Origin: a virus
Lineage: Duplodnaviria; Caudoviricetes
Length of the DNA: 25,714 bases
IMG/VR virus record: IMGVR_UViG_3300005512_000295
Span: 1 to 25,714 of that record
Reading direction: 5' to 3' (one strand)
A program made the translations under genes and the position numbers. Every line of letters begins with the position of its first letter. Positions within the stretch are counted from its first letter, which is position 1. Positions 7,529 to 15,041 of the stretch are shown one piece after another. Below the pieces are notes generated by a model. It was not told the origin of the DNA. It searched no databases and worked only from the letters and a program-made list of their open reading frames with translations.

Positions 7529-10141
7529 TTAATCTAAATCTGAAACTGTTTGACCTTTTGCCCACATACGGCAAGACCAATACCCTGCTTTTGTCTTATC
7601 TGTCTTATTGGCACAATCGTGACGGTCTCTAAATGCTTTTCTGCGTTTAGGATCATCTCTCTTGATTTCCATGTTAGGATCACCAAAGTTTACCTTAACA
7701 ACATTCCCCTTGTCATTCTTGACATACACTGAGAACTTCTTTGGTCCTTTCGGTGTACGGAATGGATCGTTGAGTTTAACCTTGCGACCTTGATATTCTG
7801 TTTCTTCTACGAGGTCATCATCCCACCCAAGGTATTCTTCTTGGAAGTCTGTGGTTGGGTGATGCTCAAACATACCTCGCATCTGCATTTCATTTTTTGC
7901 ATAGACATGAGATTCGCTGATCTGACCGGGTGTCATGTCGGAGTAACGCTTCTTGATTGCGTCTGTACCGATCTGCGGTGCGTCCAACTTCTCTGGCGTT
8001 TCGCTCATCATATCAGCAAGTACGCGAGCATCGACACCATCAAACTGCTTGGCAATCTGACCTGCGTAATACTCGATGGTATGTGGTAAACCTTTTTTAC
8101 CACCTTCCTTTTTCTTACGAGCAAGCACATCTGCTAGAACTTTCTTTGCCGCCTCATAACCTTTTTTACGAGTTATCTTTGACAGAGGTTCAAGCAACCA
8201 CCGTGGCATTTCTTCAAGTGCTTCTTCTCCCATTGGTACTACTGGACGAGCAGTAGGAACACCCAACATTGCTTTTAGTTTCTTCTTCTTAGGAGGTTCG
8301 TGCGTCCAACCTTTCTTTGCCAAACGCTCATGATCCGCAGGTACTTTTGCCAGTTCTTTGTCGTCAGACTTTGGATCATACATCATATGCGGTTCAAACT
8401 GTTCTTCGTTCTTTGGTTTCTCGCCACGCTCTTTCTTAGAGATTGCGATTGCTGCTTGTTGAGCAGGTGATACTGCCTCGTCTTTTGGCACACAGTTAGG
8501 GACTTGCTTACCACCCTTCATCTTCATACCAACTTGCTTGTGCGTGTCCCAACACTTCTCGTCGAGTTCGACTTCTTCTTTCTTAGTACCACGAACCTTT
8601 GACGCGAGGTCAGAGTCTGCACCACCCCAAGTTCCTTTGCCTTTAGTGATGAATGAGTTGACGCGAGCAAATCCCCACTGCTGTTGTGTCGCACCCGGAC
8701 GATGACCTGTCTTCCATGCTGCCATACCACGATTGTATACTTGACGCAGAATACCAACAGGAATACCAGACTTCTCAGACTTCTTCTTCAGTGATGCAGA
8801 TGCATCTTCGCTGAGTTCGTATTCTTCAGATTGAGTGTTCTTTGCTTGAGTGTCTTGTGTGCGAGCACGATCAAGCATTGCATCATGCTTGCGCTTGTCT
8901 GCTTCTTTCTCTGCTTTGATCTTTTCTTTTGCCGCTTTGACAGCATCTTGCTCGCCAAACATCTTCTTGTACTTGAGTGTATGCTTAGACGGTTTAGTCT
9001 TTGCTTCAGCATCACCCGGTGCAGGTTTGTATGACGATGGAGAGTCGTCTGGTTTATCTGCCCCTTTCGCAAACTGCTTTGCTCGTGCTTCTTTATCGTC
9101 CTTAGACAAACCCTTGTAATACTTCTTAGGTTGCGTACCCTCAAGGTCTTTTACATCACGATCTTGCGGAGTCTTCTTTGGTGCTTCTTTTTCTTCTTTC
9201 TCGATCAGTGCGAACACTTCTTCTGCAAGGATGTCAAAATCTTCGTTCTTTGCAGTCCGTGCTTGCTTCAGTCGCTCCATCTCTGCTTTCCTCACTTTCG
9301 GCAATAACTTCTTTGCCAGTTTCTGAATGACTGCTGACTTCTTTGCAACCAACTTGTCGATGGTAATCTTCTCAGATGCAGACAGTGCTGAGTAGTCTGA
9401 ACCACGCTCACCTGCGACCTTTTTACGAATGACATTCCGTGCTGCTTTTTGAGCACGTTTGAGAATCTGTTCGCGATCTGCCATACGCTTTGCTTTCATC
9501 TTACGGAATCGTGCGAGACGAGGTGCGAGTCGCTTCATCTGCCGTGCTTTTGCTTGACGCTGTGCAATCGTCAGTGGTGCGCGTTGTTCTTCGATTTCTT
9601 CTTTGATTACCTTGTTGATTGTATCAAAGATTGCTTTGGCATCGCGATCTGTCAGTCCTTTTGGGAGTCCTGACTTGAAGGTGTTAAAGTCTCCTTCTTT
9701 GGCAACTGCGCGGAGTTTTGAGGCAGACATACCTTCAACTCCTGTGGCATCAGGGTCACGCTCACCTGCGGAGACGACAGAGATACTGTCAAACTCGTAG
9801 TCTTTTCCGTTGTACTTATTGAGGAGTTGTTTGAACTCTGGGACACGATCTGATCCTACTACCATAATCACATCAGTGTATCCATCCTTTTGGATTTCTG
9901 ACATAATTTGGAATACTGTTTTTGAGTTTGACTGAGTAACGATGTTACCAAATGCTTTCTTCGCAAAACGAATCTTAGCATTGTAATCGAGAGGGTCTTT
10001 CTTGTTGTTCTGTGTGTGAGAAAGATAGACACGAGCATCTGCTTTTTCAGACTTTGCTACATCTTGAACTTTCTTAACAAGTTTTGCATGCCCAATAGTA
10101 GGGGGGTTCATTCTTCCGAATGTGAATACGATCTTCTTCAT
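7529..10141 (-). CDS. Cytidyltransferase-like (HIGH-type nucleotidyltransferase) domain fused to multiple small modules
   Basis: FGRMNPPTIGH, VVGSDR and MSASKLR motifs in the first ~180 aa, then K/E-rich modules including VYNRGMAAW...WGFARVNSF, CW...VPNCVP and VNFGDP...FRDRHDC...GYWSC. Confidence 0.8.
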   Translation of the reverse strand: MKKIVFTFGRMNPPTIGHAKLVKKVQDVAKSEKADARVYLSHTQNNKKDPLDYNAKIRFAKKAFGNIVTQSNSKTVFQIMSEIQKDGYTDVIMVVGSDRVPEFKQLLNKYNGKDYEFDSISVVSAGERDPDATGVEGMSASKLRAVAKEGDFNTFKSGLPKGLTDRDAKAIFDTINKVIKEEIEEQRAPLTIAQRQAKARQMKRLAPRLARFRKMKAKRMADREQILKRAQKAARNVIRKKVAGERGSDYSALSASEKITIDKLVAKKSAVIQKLAKKLLPKVRKAEMERLKQARTAKNEDFDILAEEVFALIEKEEKEAPKKTPQDRDVKDLEGTQPKKYYKGLSKDDKEARAKQFAKGADKPDDSPSSYKPAPGDAEAKTKPSKHTLKYKKMFGEQDAVKAAKEKIKAEKEADKRKHDAMLDRARTQDTQAKNTQSEEYELSEDASASLKKKSEKSGIPVGILRQVYNRGMAAWKTGHRPGATQQQWGFARVNSFITKGKGTWGGADSDLASKVRGTKKEEVELDEKCWDTHKQVGMKMKGGKQVPNCVPKDEAVSPAQQAAIAISKKERGEKPKNEEQFEPHMMYDPKSDDKELAKVPADHERLAKKGWTHEPPKKKKLKAMLGVPTARPVVPMGEEALEEMPRWLLEPLSKITRKKGYEAAKKVLADVLARKKKEGGKKGLPHTIEYYAGQIAKQFDGVDARVLADMMSETPEKLDAPQIGTDAIKKRYSDMTPGQISESHVYAKNEMQMRGMFEHHPTTDFQEEYLGWDDDLVEETEYQGRKVKLNDPFRTPKGPKKFSVYVKNDKGNVVKVNFGDPNMEIKRDDPKRRKAFRDRHDCANKTDKTKAGYWSCRMWAKGQTVSDLD

Positions 10142-10166
10142 CGCGTGTTTTCCTTAGACTTAACGC

Positions 10167-10195
10167 TTGACAACACATAACAAGATGTGTATAAT
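10167..10195 (+). promoter_or_regulatory. Consensus sigma70-type promoter in antisense orientation
   Basis: TTGACA (10167-10172), 17-bp spacer, TATAAT (10190-10195). Confidence 0.65.
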
Positions 10196-10816
10196 CTAAT
10201 TGTGGTTCTTTATAACTGTATTTATAAGTTTTTTAAACTCTATACTGTTCTTCCCATCACCTCTTGGCACAACAGCAAAGTCATTACCTTTGATACTTCT
10301 GGTGTTGGGTGGGGGTAGAAAAAAGTATGTTCTGCTCTTCTCATTCTTAATCACATCATGTATTGCAATCTGATCTACAAACCATCTCTTTGGTAGTTCA
10401 AGTATCCTATCACGAATCCGTATTGCGATGTCAACATCCGAACAATAAAAGAAACCTGCAAGGACATGTTGTCCTCTTTGTTCCCATTCAGAACGATGTG
10501 GTTTAGGCGATGTCTTGACTAAACCAATCTTAGTATTTGGAAAAGGTATTGGTTTGATAAACACAGCATCGATGTCTGACACAAAGACACCACCATGATC
10601 TTCAATCATTTCTGGTAGAATTAGATAACGAGAACACGCATACCACACTTTGTCAACACCAATCTTAGAACCTTTCTTTACTTCGTCCCAAGGACATTCT
10701 TCATTACATCTATGTATGTGGTATGGTTGGTTTAGATTTCTGAGGGATTGTTCAAAGGTAGCACCATAAAGATCATAATACTTCTGATCACATGATGCTA
10801 ATACTATTTTTGCCAT
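10196..10816 (-). CDS. Putative GT-A-type glycosyltransferase
   Basis: YACSRY...VFVSDIDAVF (DxD), AGFFY and WFVDQIAI motifs. Confidence 0.65.
   Translation of the reverse strand: MAKIVLASCDQKYYDLYGATFEQSLRNLNQPYHIHRCNEECPWDEVKKGSKIGVDKVWYACSRYLILPEMIEDHGGVFVSDIDAVFIKPIPFPNTKIGLVKTSPKPHRSEWEQRGQHVLAGFFYCSDVDIAIRIRDRILELPKRWFVDQIAIHDVIKNEKSRTYFFLPPPNTRSIKGNDFAVVPRGDGKNSIEFKKLINTVIKNHN
10219..10226 (-). promoter_or_regulatory. T4-type late promoter TATAAATA
   Basis: Exact consensus about 77 nt upstream of ATG 10141. Confidence 0.65.
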
Positions 10817-12030
10817 CCTTTGATAATCTCATCACTAAAGTTTGCACGAGAGAACTCAAGTCGATTCACCAACTTGACTGCTTCGCCATCATTATTTATG
10901 GCAACATAACCCTCTGGTGCTGTGACCTCATACCCACTTTTCGTTTTCAGAAATGTCCCGATTGATGATGCCGAATCCATCTTTTTGATTATAAGTTCCT
11001 TCGCGTCGATGATAAGGTTCATCAGCGTGAAAATCTGTATCAAATCGTTCATGTTCGACGATCCAAAGAATTGCATCATTGATTTCTTTTTCTCTATCCA
11101 AGGTGCTTTGCCTCTTTCTGTTTTCTTCGATTCAATCTGTTTATCATACCATTGAATGACATAGTTCACGAGTCCACGCACATGGTTTCTTGGATTTGCG
11201 ATCTTTTCACCTGCTCTGACTTTTGTGTTGAAGTGAGTCTTAATGCGAGTTTTGATTTCCTCACTATCAGCAATTTGGTTGAGAACCTTCGCATCGATTT
11301 TGCGGAAGGTCTTACCTGCTTGTGAGAGGATACGAGTGACTGCTTCTGTTTCTTTTTCTGTCATCGTGGCATTGCCAGATACATCACGATAGGTTGCATC
11401 TGTGTGCCAGACTTCTTTGACTTTCTTGAGTTTTGTTGAAATGTCCTTACCGAACGATGCTTTCATGTTCTCAAAAGAATCGCCAGTGTAAGTTGTGTGC
11501 CAAACTATACCGATAGATGAACGACGAATAGTACGCCCCAAATCGCTATTAAAAGGTACAGCATAAACAATCGTGTTCGGATGGAATGTGACGACTTTTT
11601 CCCCATCGATTACATCCGTTGCAAGAGTGTCGTTTGAGTACAGAAAGTCACCTTGGACAACTCCTTCGATTCCGAGTTTAGGGAGATGTCGCAAAGCGAG
11701 TTTGAACTTATCAGCAAGATCGCCAGAAAGATCAGCATCTATTTCTGCCTCTGTTTTGTAAATTTTTGGATTCTTATTAAAGATGCCTTTCTTCGCAACG
11801 AAAAACTTTCCGTCACGAGGATCAATCCCTGCAAAGATAGCAGGAGCACCATCCCACTTAACAGTGGTATCGATAGCACGACCAGTGCTACCAGATAGCA
11901 TGTCCCTAAGACTTTGTAAAAAGTTGATTGCATCCCTTGCTCCTTTCACACCAAAGTTAAGCACCGAATCCTCAAGGTGCTCCATGTGAACATTCTTTTC
12001 TTCTGCTAAGTAGGTTGTAAACTTTTTCAT
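10804..12030 (-). CDS. Conserved phage protein with ligase-like KxDG motif (DUF6267-like)
   Basis: HMEHLED, TVKWDGAPA, QGDF, PEGYV and KLVNRLEFS resemble covalent nucleotidyltransferase motifs I, III, IV and V. Confidence 0.7.
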   Translation of the reverse strand: MKKFTTYLAEEKNVHMEHLEDSVLNFGVKGARDAINFLQSLRDMLSGSTGRAIDTTVKWDGAPAIFAGIDPRDGKFFVAKKGIFNKNPKIYKTEAEIDADLSGDLADKFKLALRHLPKLGIEGVVQGDFLYSNDTLATDVIDGEKVVTFHPNTIVYAVPFNSDLGRTIRRSSIGIVWHTTYTGDSFENMKASFGKDISTKLKKVKEVWHTDATYRDVSGNATMTEKETEAVTRILSQAGKTFRKIDAKVLNQIADSEEIKTRIKTHFNTKVRAGEKIANPRNHVRGLVNYVIQWYDKQIESKKTERGKAPWIEKKKSMMQFFGSSNMNDLIQIFTLMNLIIDAKELIIKKMDSASSIGTFLKTKSGYEVTAPEGYVAINNDGEAVKLVNRLEFSRANFSDEIIKGWQK

Positions 12031-13409
12031 TTGATAATGAATCCGGGTGATGTGATGTACAATGATTTACCAGACCAACCGCCAGAGGCACGAGTACGCA
12101 CTGTGATTGGAATCGTCACGCGCATGTTGAGTTTCGTGTATGTGAACTTAATCTTAAAACTCTGCTGTGTACCATCGTATACAAAACTTACATTCTTCAG
12201 TAACGCAGTGTCCTTGTTGAAAAGCATTTGACGATACTCTTCGTTGTCAGACACATCCTTAATCGTTGAACCATTCTCAGAACCGATCAACAACTTATAA
12301 GGACAAGGTGTTGCGTCTGGATCATCGAATGTATAGTATCCAACCGTGTTTAGAAAGTATACCAAGTTGCGAGTATTTGTCAAGTGGTTTCCATACTTTT
12401 CGATCAAAGTATTTCGGAATGGGTAGTAGAAGTCGTCGCCAAAGAACGAGAGTTTGTCTTTAGTGAATGCCTTACCTAGTGTGGCAAACTTACCTCGTGA
12501 AGAAGACTCAGAGAACTTCTCTTTCGTGATGTCAAACTTTTTAAGAGCGTCTTGCGCGAACACCTTGCCTTTTGGCACTCGGTCTTCTGCTTCTTTCCAA
12601 GCGTCATCGATAATCCTTTTGATTGCATTGACTTGTGTTTGGTCATCTAGTTTACCATAGAATGCTGTGATGTTCGTATTGAACTTTGGAGTGGCATCCT
12701 TACCTGCGGAAATCTTGTTTGAGTACCCAACGAATCGTCCATCATGTAACTTGATAATAACATCAGATGGATTCTTTGCACCAATCCCCTCTGGTTTGCC
12801 ACGAGGAACCCAATAGTATTTGACTGCACGATTTCTACCAAGGTCACCAAGAACTGCCAATGCGTTTTCGTAACCGATGTTGATGTCGCGGATTGCTGTC
12901 TCATCTTTATCGATCAGTGTGCGTAGATCATCATAGGTAACGGCATTACCTTCACCATTGAGTACACCAGTATCGCCAGTCTTTGCACCCAAGTCCATCA
13001 TCCAACTTTCGGCATTGTCTTCATCCATGCCAGAGTGAATCATGAAGTAGAGTGTGAGAAACTCATTGACATTAGATGAAGCAGTCGAGTCTTTACGAGT
13101 CTTCATACCAAAGTGTGCTGAGACATTCGATGCAGTTGATGTCACATAGTGTGGCACTGTCTGCCCATCGATCTCAATCTGAAAGACGAACTTGCCACGC
13201 CCAAGTGCTGATAAAAGTTCACCAGTACCTTGCTCAACACACTTGTACTTGATCTCTTTCGCATTGGGGTATAGTTCTTTCACTTCCTTATCGGCATTCT
13301 TTTTAAGAACATAATAAGGATTAAACTCTCCCTTCTGCTGATAATAAGGAGAAATAGTCAACTCTTGTAAATCCTGTTTGAGTCCACGAAAATCAGAAAA
13401 TGAAAACAT
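12027..13409 (-). CDS. Putative PD-(D/E)XK-type endonuclease
   Basis: NEFL...KNPSDVII...VGYSNK arrangement; GATAAATA late-like box at 13436-13443. Confidence 0.55.
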   Translation of the reverse strand: MFSFSDFRGLKQDLQELTISPYYQQKGEFNPYYVLKKNADKEVKELYPNAKEIKYKCVEQGTGELLSALGRGKFVFQIEIDGQTVPHYVTSTASNVSAHFGMKTRKDSTASSNVNEFLTLYFMIHSGMDEDNAESWMMDLGAKTGDTGVLNGEGNAVTYDDLRTLIDKDETAIRDINIGYENALAVLGDLGRNRAVKYYWVPRGKPEGIGAKNPSDVIIKLHDGRFVGYSNKISAGKDATPKFNTNITAFYGKLDDQTQVNAIKRIIDDAWKEAEDRVPKGKVFAQDALKKFDITKEKFSESSSRGKFATLGKAFTKDKLSFFGDDFYYPFRNTLIEKYGNHLTNTRNLVYFLNTVGYYTFDDPDATPCPYKLLIGSENGSTIKDVSDNEEYRQMLFNKDTALLKNVSFVYDGTQQSFKIKFTYTKLNMRVTIPITVRTRASGGWSGKSLYITSPGFIIK

Positions 13410-13434
13410 TGTGAGTACCTTTATTAGTTACCCA

Positions 13435-13617
13435 CTATTTATCTTTCTGAAATCCCATGTAGTTATGGGGATCGACATGTTTTAACACAGTATCTTGTAC
13501 TGCTTTAACATAAGCATCATACAGCATTTTGCTGAACTCTGCTTGTTTGTCTGAGGGAACGAAAAACTCTTTTGCTTCTTCTGGTGTCAAGTCAAACTCG
13601 ATGTTAATCTTCATCAT
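13435..13617 (-). CDS. Small hypothetical protein (DUF6489-like N-terminus)
   Basis: MKINIEFDLTPEEAKEFF; AGGAG SD. Confidence 0.65.
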   Translation of the reverse strand: MMKINIEFDLTPEEAKEFFVPSDKQAEFSKMLYDAYVKAVQDTVLKHVDPHNYMGFQKDK

Positions 13618-13687
13618 CTTGCTCCTGTGCTTTTATCATCATCCATAGGATAAACAAACAACAGATTAGTCCTGCTACAAACTCCAT
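13604..13687 (-). CDS. 27-aa single-TM peptide
   Basis: Manual translation MEFVAGLICCLFILWMMIKAQEQDDED; exactly fills the gap between neighbours; AAGGA SD. Confidence 0.5.
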   Translation of the reverse strand: MEFVAGLICCLFILWMMIKAQEQDDED

Positions 13688-13688
13688 G

Positions 13689-14006
13689 CTACCATTCCTT
13701 TTGAATACTGACCTTCTGATCGTCCTCACCATTGAGAGGTTCATAGTTCATCTCTTCTGGCACTGCGATCTCACGACCCCAACGATTCTTCTTGGTCTTA
13801 CAAGTGAACATCGCGTATCTCCAACCTTCTGGTGGTTCTGGAATGTTCTTGTCTTCTCGTGTAAGTTCGCGAGTGCGAGTATTGACTATCATACAACCTT
13901 TGTTTTTGCGCTTGGTTGCACGAACACATGAATGGACTTGGCGATCAAAGTAACGATCTACTTTCTTCTCACCGTTTACTGAGTATTGGACTTCAACTAC
14001 AAACAT
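13689..14006 (-). CDS. Hypothetical protein
   Basis: Likely start ATG 14006 after the GAGAGAGGT SD. Confidence 0.7.
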   Translation of the reverse strand: MFVVEVQYSVNGEKKVDRYFDRQVHSCVRATKRKNKGCMIVNTRTRELTREDKNIPEPPEGWRYAMFTCKTKKNRWGREIAVPEEMNYEPLNGEDDQKVSIQKEW

Positions 14007-14028
14007 AATAACCTCTCTCAAAATAAAG

Positions 14029-14185
14029 TGCGGAGCGAGGGGAATCGGGTAACCCCCAAGTGGGTGCGATCTGATGTACCTTTCTACATAGACCCACTAC
14101 GATCTGCAACCTCGCTAAAGGTATGGGTGCTACCCCTTCGATCTACCTTACCCCCCATCAGCGAGAGGTATTCGGTCACGCTCCT
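14029..14185 (-). ncRNA. tRNA-like structured RNA of unknown function
   Basis: GGAGCG/CGCTCC closing stem, T-arm-like 3' hairpin and two long internal arms; GC-rich intergenic segment after tRNA-Cys. Confidence 0.6.
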
Positions 14186-14209
14186 ATCGGTGTTGCAATC
14201 ACCGAACTC

Positions 14210-14284
14210 TGGAGTGGATGATAGGAATCGAACCTACTTAAAACTGATTTGCAGTCAGTCACCTAACCATTCAGTCACATCCAC
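14210..14284 (-). tRNA. tRNA-Cys(GCA)
   Basis: GTGGATG/CATCCAC acceptor, ACTGA-CTGCAAA-TCAGT anticodon arm, TTCGATT T-loop, U73, encoded CCA. Confidence 0.95.
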
Positions 14285-14654
14285 GAATTTGGGACTGTCT
14301 TTTCCGCATGCGAGGCACAGTCATTCCTGCGTGTATTTCTCTGTGACAGTTAGAACACAAACAAATACACTTATCAAGTTCTTCTTTCACTTTTTCCCAA
14401 GAGCGAGTTGAACCGCCCTCTGCTAAATGAAAATCTTTTTCGTTTGGGTCTAAGTGGTGAAACTCTAACGCTCCAACATACTTGTCATAACCGCAAACTT
14501 CACAGCAACCGCCTTTATAATCGACTGCTTTTTGTTTCTGTGCTCTTCGATGGTTTGTAACCATTTGTTTGTCTTTGCACTTTGTAGAACAGTATTGCTT
14601 GTTCTTCTGTCCAATAACTTCGTTTTCACACAGATGCCATTTGCACTTTTTCAT
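14271..14654 (-). CDS. Free-standing HNH homing endonuclease
   Basis: CEVCGY...LEFHHLDP...CICLCSNCHREIH with an N-terminal Cys-rich YCSTKC finger. Confidence 0.88.
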   Translation of the reverse strand: MKKCKWHLCENEVIGQKNKQYCSTKCKDKQMVTNHRRAQKQKAVDYKGGCCEVCGYDKYVGALEFHHLDPNEKDFHLAEGGSTRSWEKVKEELDKCICLCSNCHREIHAGMTVPRMRKRQSQIRGCD

Positions 14655-14685
14655 CCTACTCTCCGATTAACTTTTGTTGTTAATC

Positions 14686-14693
14686 TATTTAGT
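14686..14693 (-). promoter_or_regulatory. Late-type promoter for the HNH gene, inside an RBS-sequestering hairpin
   Basis: ACTAAATA within the 5' arm of a hairpin spanning 14650-14701. Confidence 0.55.
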
Positions 14694-14719
14694 AAAATGA
14701 AGTTTTTAAAAACGATTTG

Positions 14720-14791
14720 CTCCGAGTGTTGGAATCGAACCAACCTATAACAAATTAACAGTTTGCTCCCACACCTTGCGGGTCACTCGGA
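14720..14791 (-). tRNA. tRNA-Asn(GTT), CCA not encoded
   Basis: TCCGAGT/ACTCGGA acceptor, GCAAA-CTGTTAA-TTTGT anticodon arm, GTTGG-TTCGATT-CCAAC T arm, G73. Confidence 0.9.
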
Positions 14792-14868
14792 GCAAATCGC
14801 TCTCTTAAAACCACCGAGCGAGAGGAGGACTTATTTTGTCTGCCTCCTTTCTCTCACTCAGTACAGAC

Positions 14869-14941
14869 ATTATATAACAATATTTTGTCTGCTGTCAACA
14901 ACTATTTCAAACTTTTTATTCTCAATAAAATCAAATGTTTG
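14869..14941 (-). promoter_or_regulatory. Early promoter of the tRNA cluster with upstream IHF box
   Basis: TTGACA 14898-14893, TATAAT 14874-14869; AATCAA-ATGT-TTG at 14929-14941. Confidence 0.7.
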
Positions 14942-14958
14942 AAACATTTTGTTAGGGT

Positions 14959-15033
14959 GGGGTGGAGACTTTGCGTCTCCATCTTTTCGGTGCTCTAGAG
15001 GAGTATTTGTTGAGAGAGGCAAAGCACCGCCCC
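14959..15033 (-). ncRNA. Candidate 75-nt small RNA with an anti-SD loop
   Basis: Three-helix fold directly downstream of a TTGACA-17-TAATAT promoter. Confidence 0.6.
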
Positions 15034-15041
15034 GAAACTTT

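Noticed and set aside
7506-7580. Longest-ORF starts at 7580, 14021, 15974, 17488, 24365 and 25256
   Set aside because: Downstream starts (7505, 14006, 15950, 17434, 24302, 25238) have proper SD spacing and avoid overlap with upstream genes or promoters.
10142-10166. Small GCGT/ACGC stem around TAAGTCTAAGGAAAAC before the nucleotidyltransferase ATG
   Set aside because: Only 4 bp; it cannot be supported as an RNA element without homologue alignment.
14029-14185. tmRNA, tRNA-Sec or intron-containing tRNA
   Set aside because: Too short for tmRNA, with no Ala acceptor identity or tag frame; no UCA anticodon arm; T-loop is non-canonical.
14950-14996. Resemblance of TGGAGACGCAAAGTCTCC to the c-di-GMP-I riboswitch
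   Set aside because: The upstream GGCAAAC/GNRA stem and a proper receptor stem are missing. The segment folds as a simple hairpin that also occurs in the hsp20 terminator.
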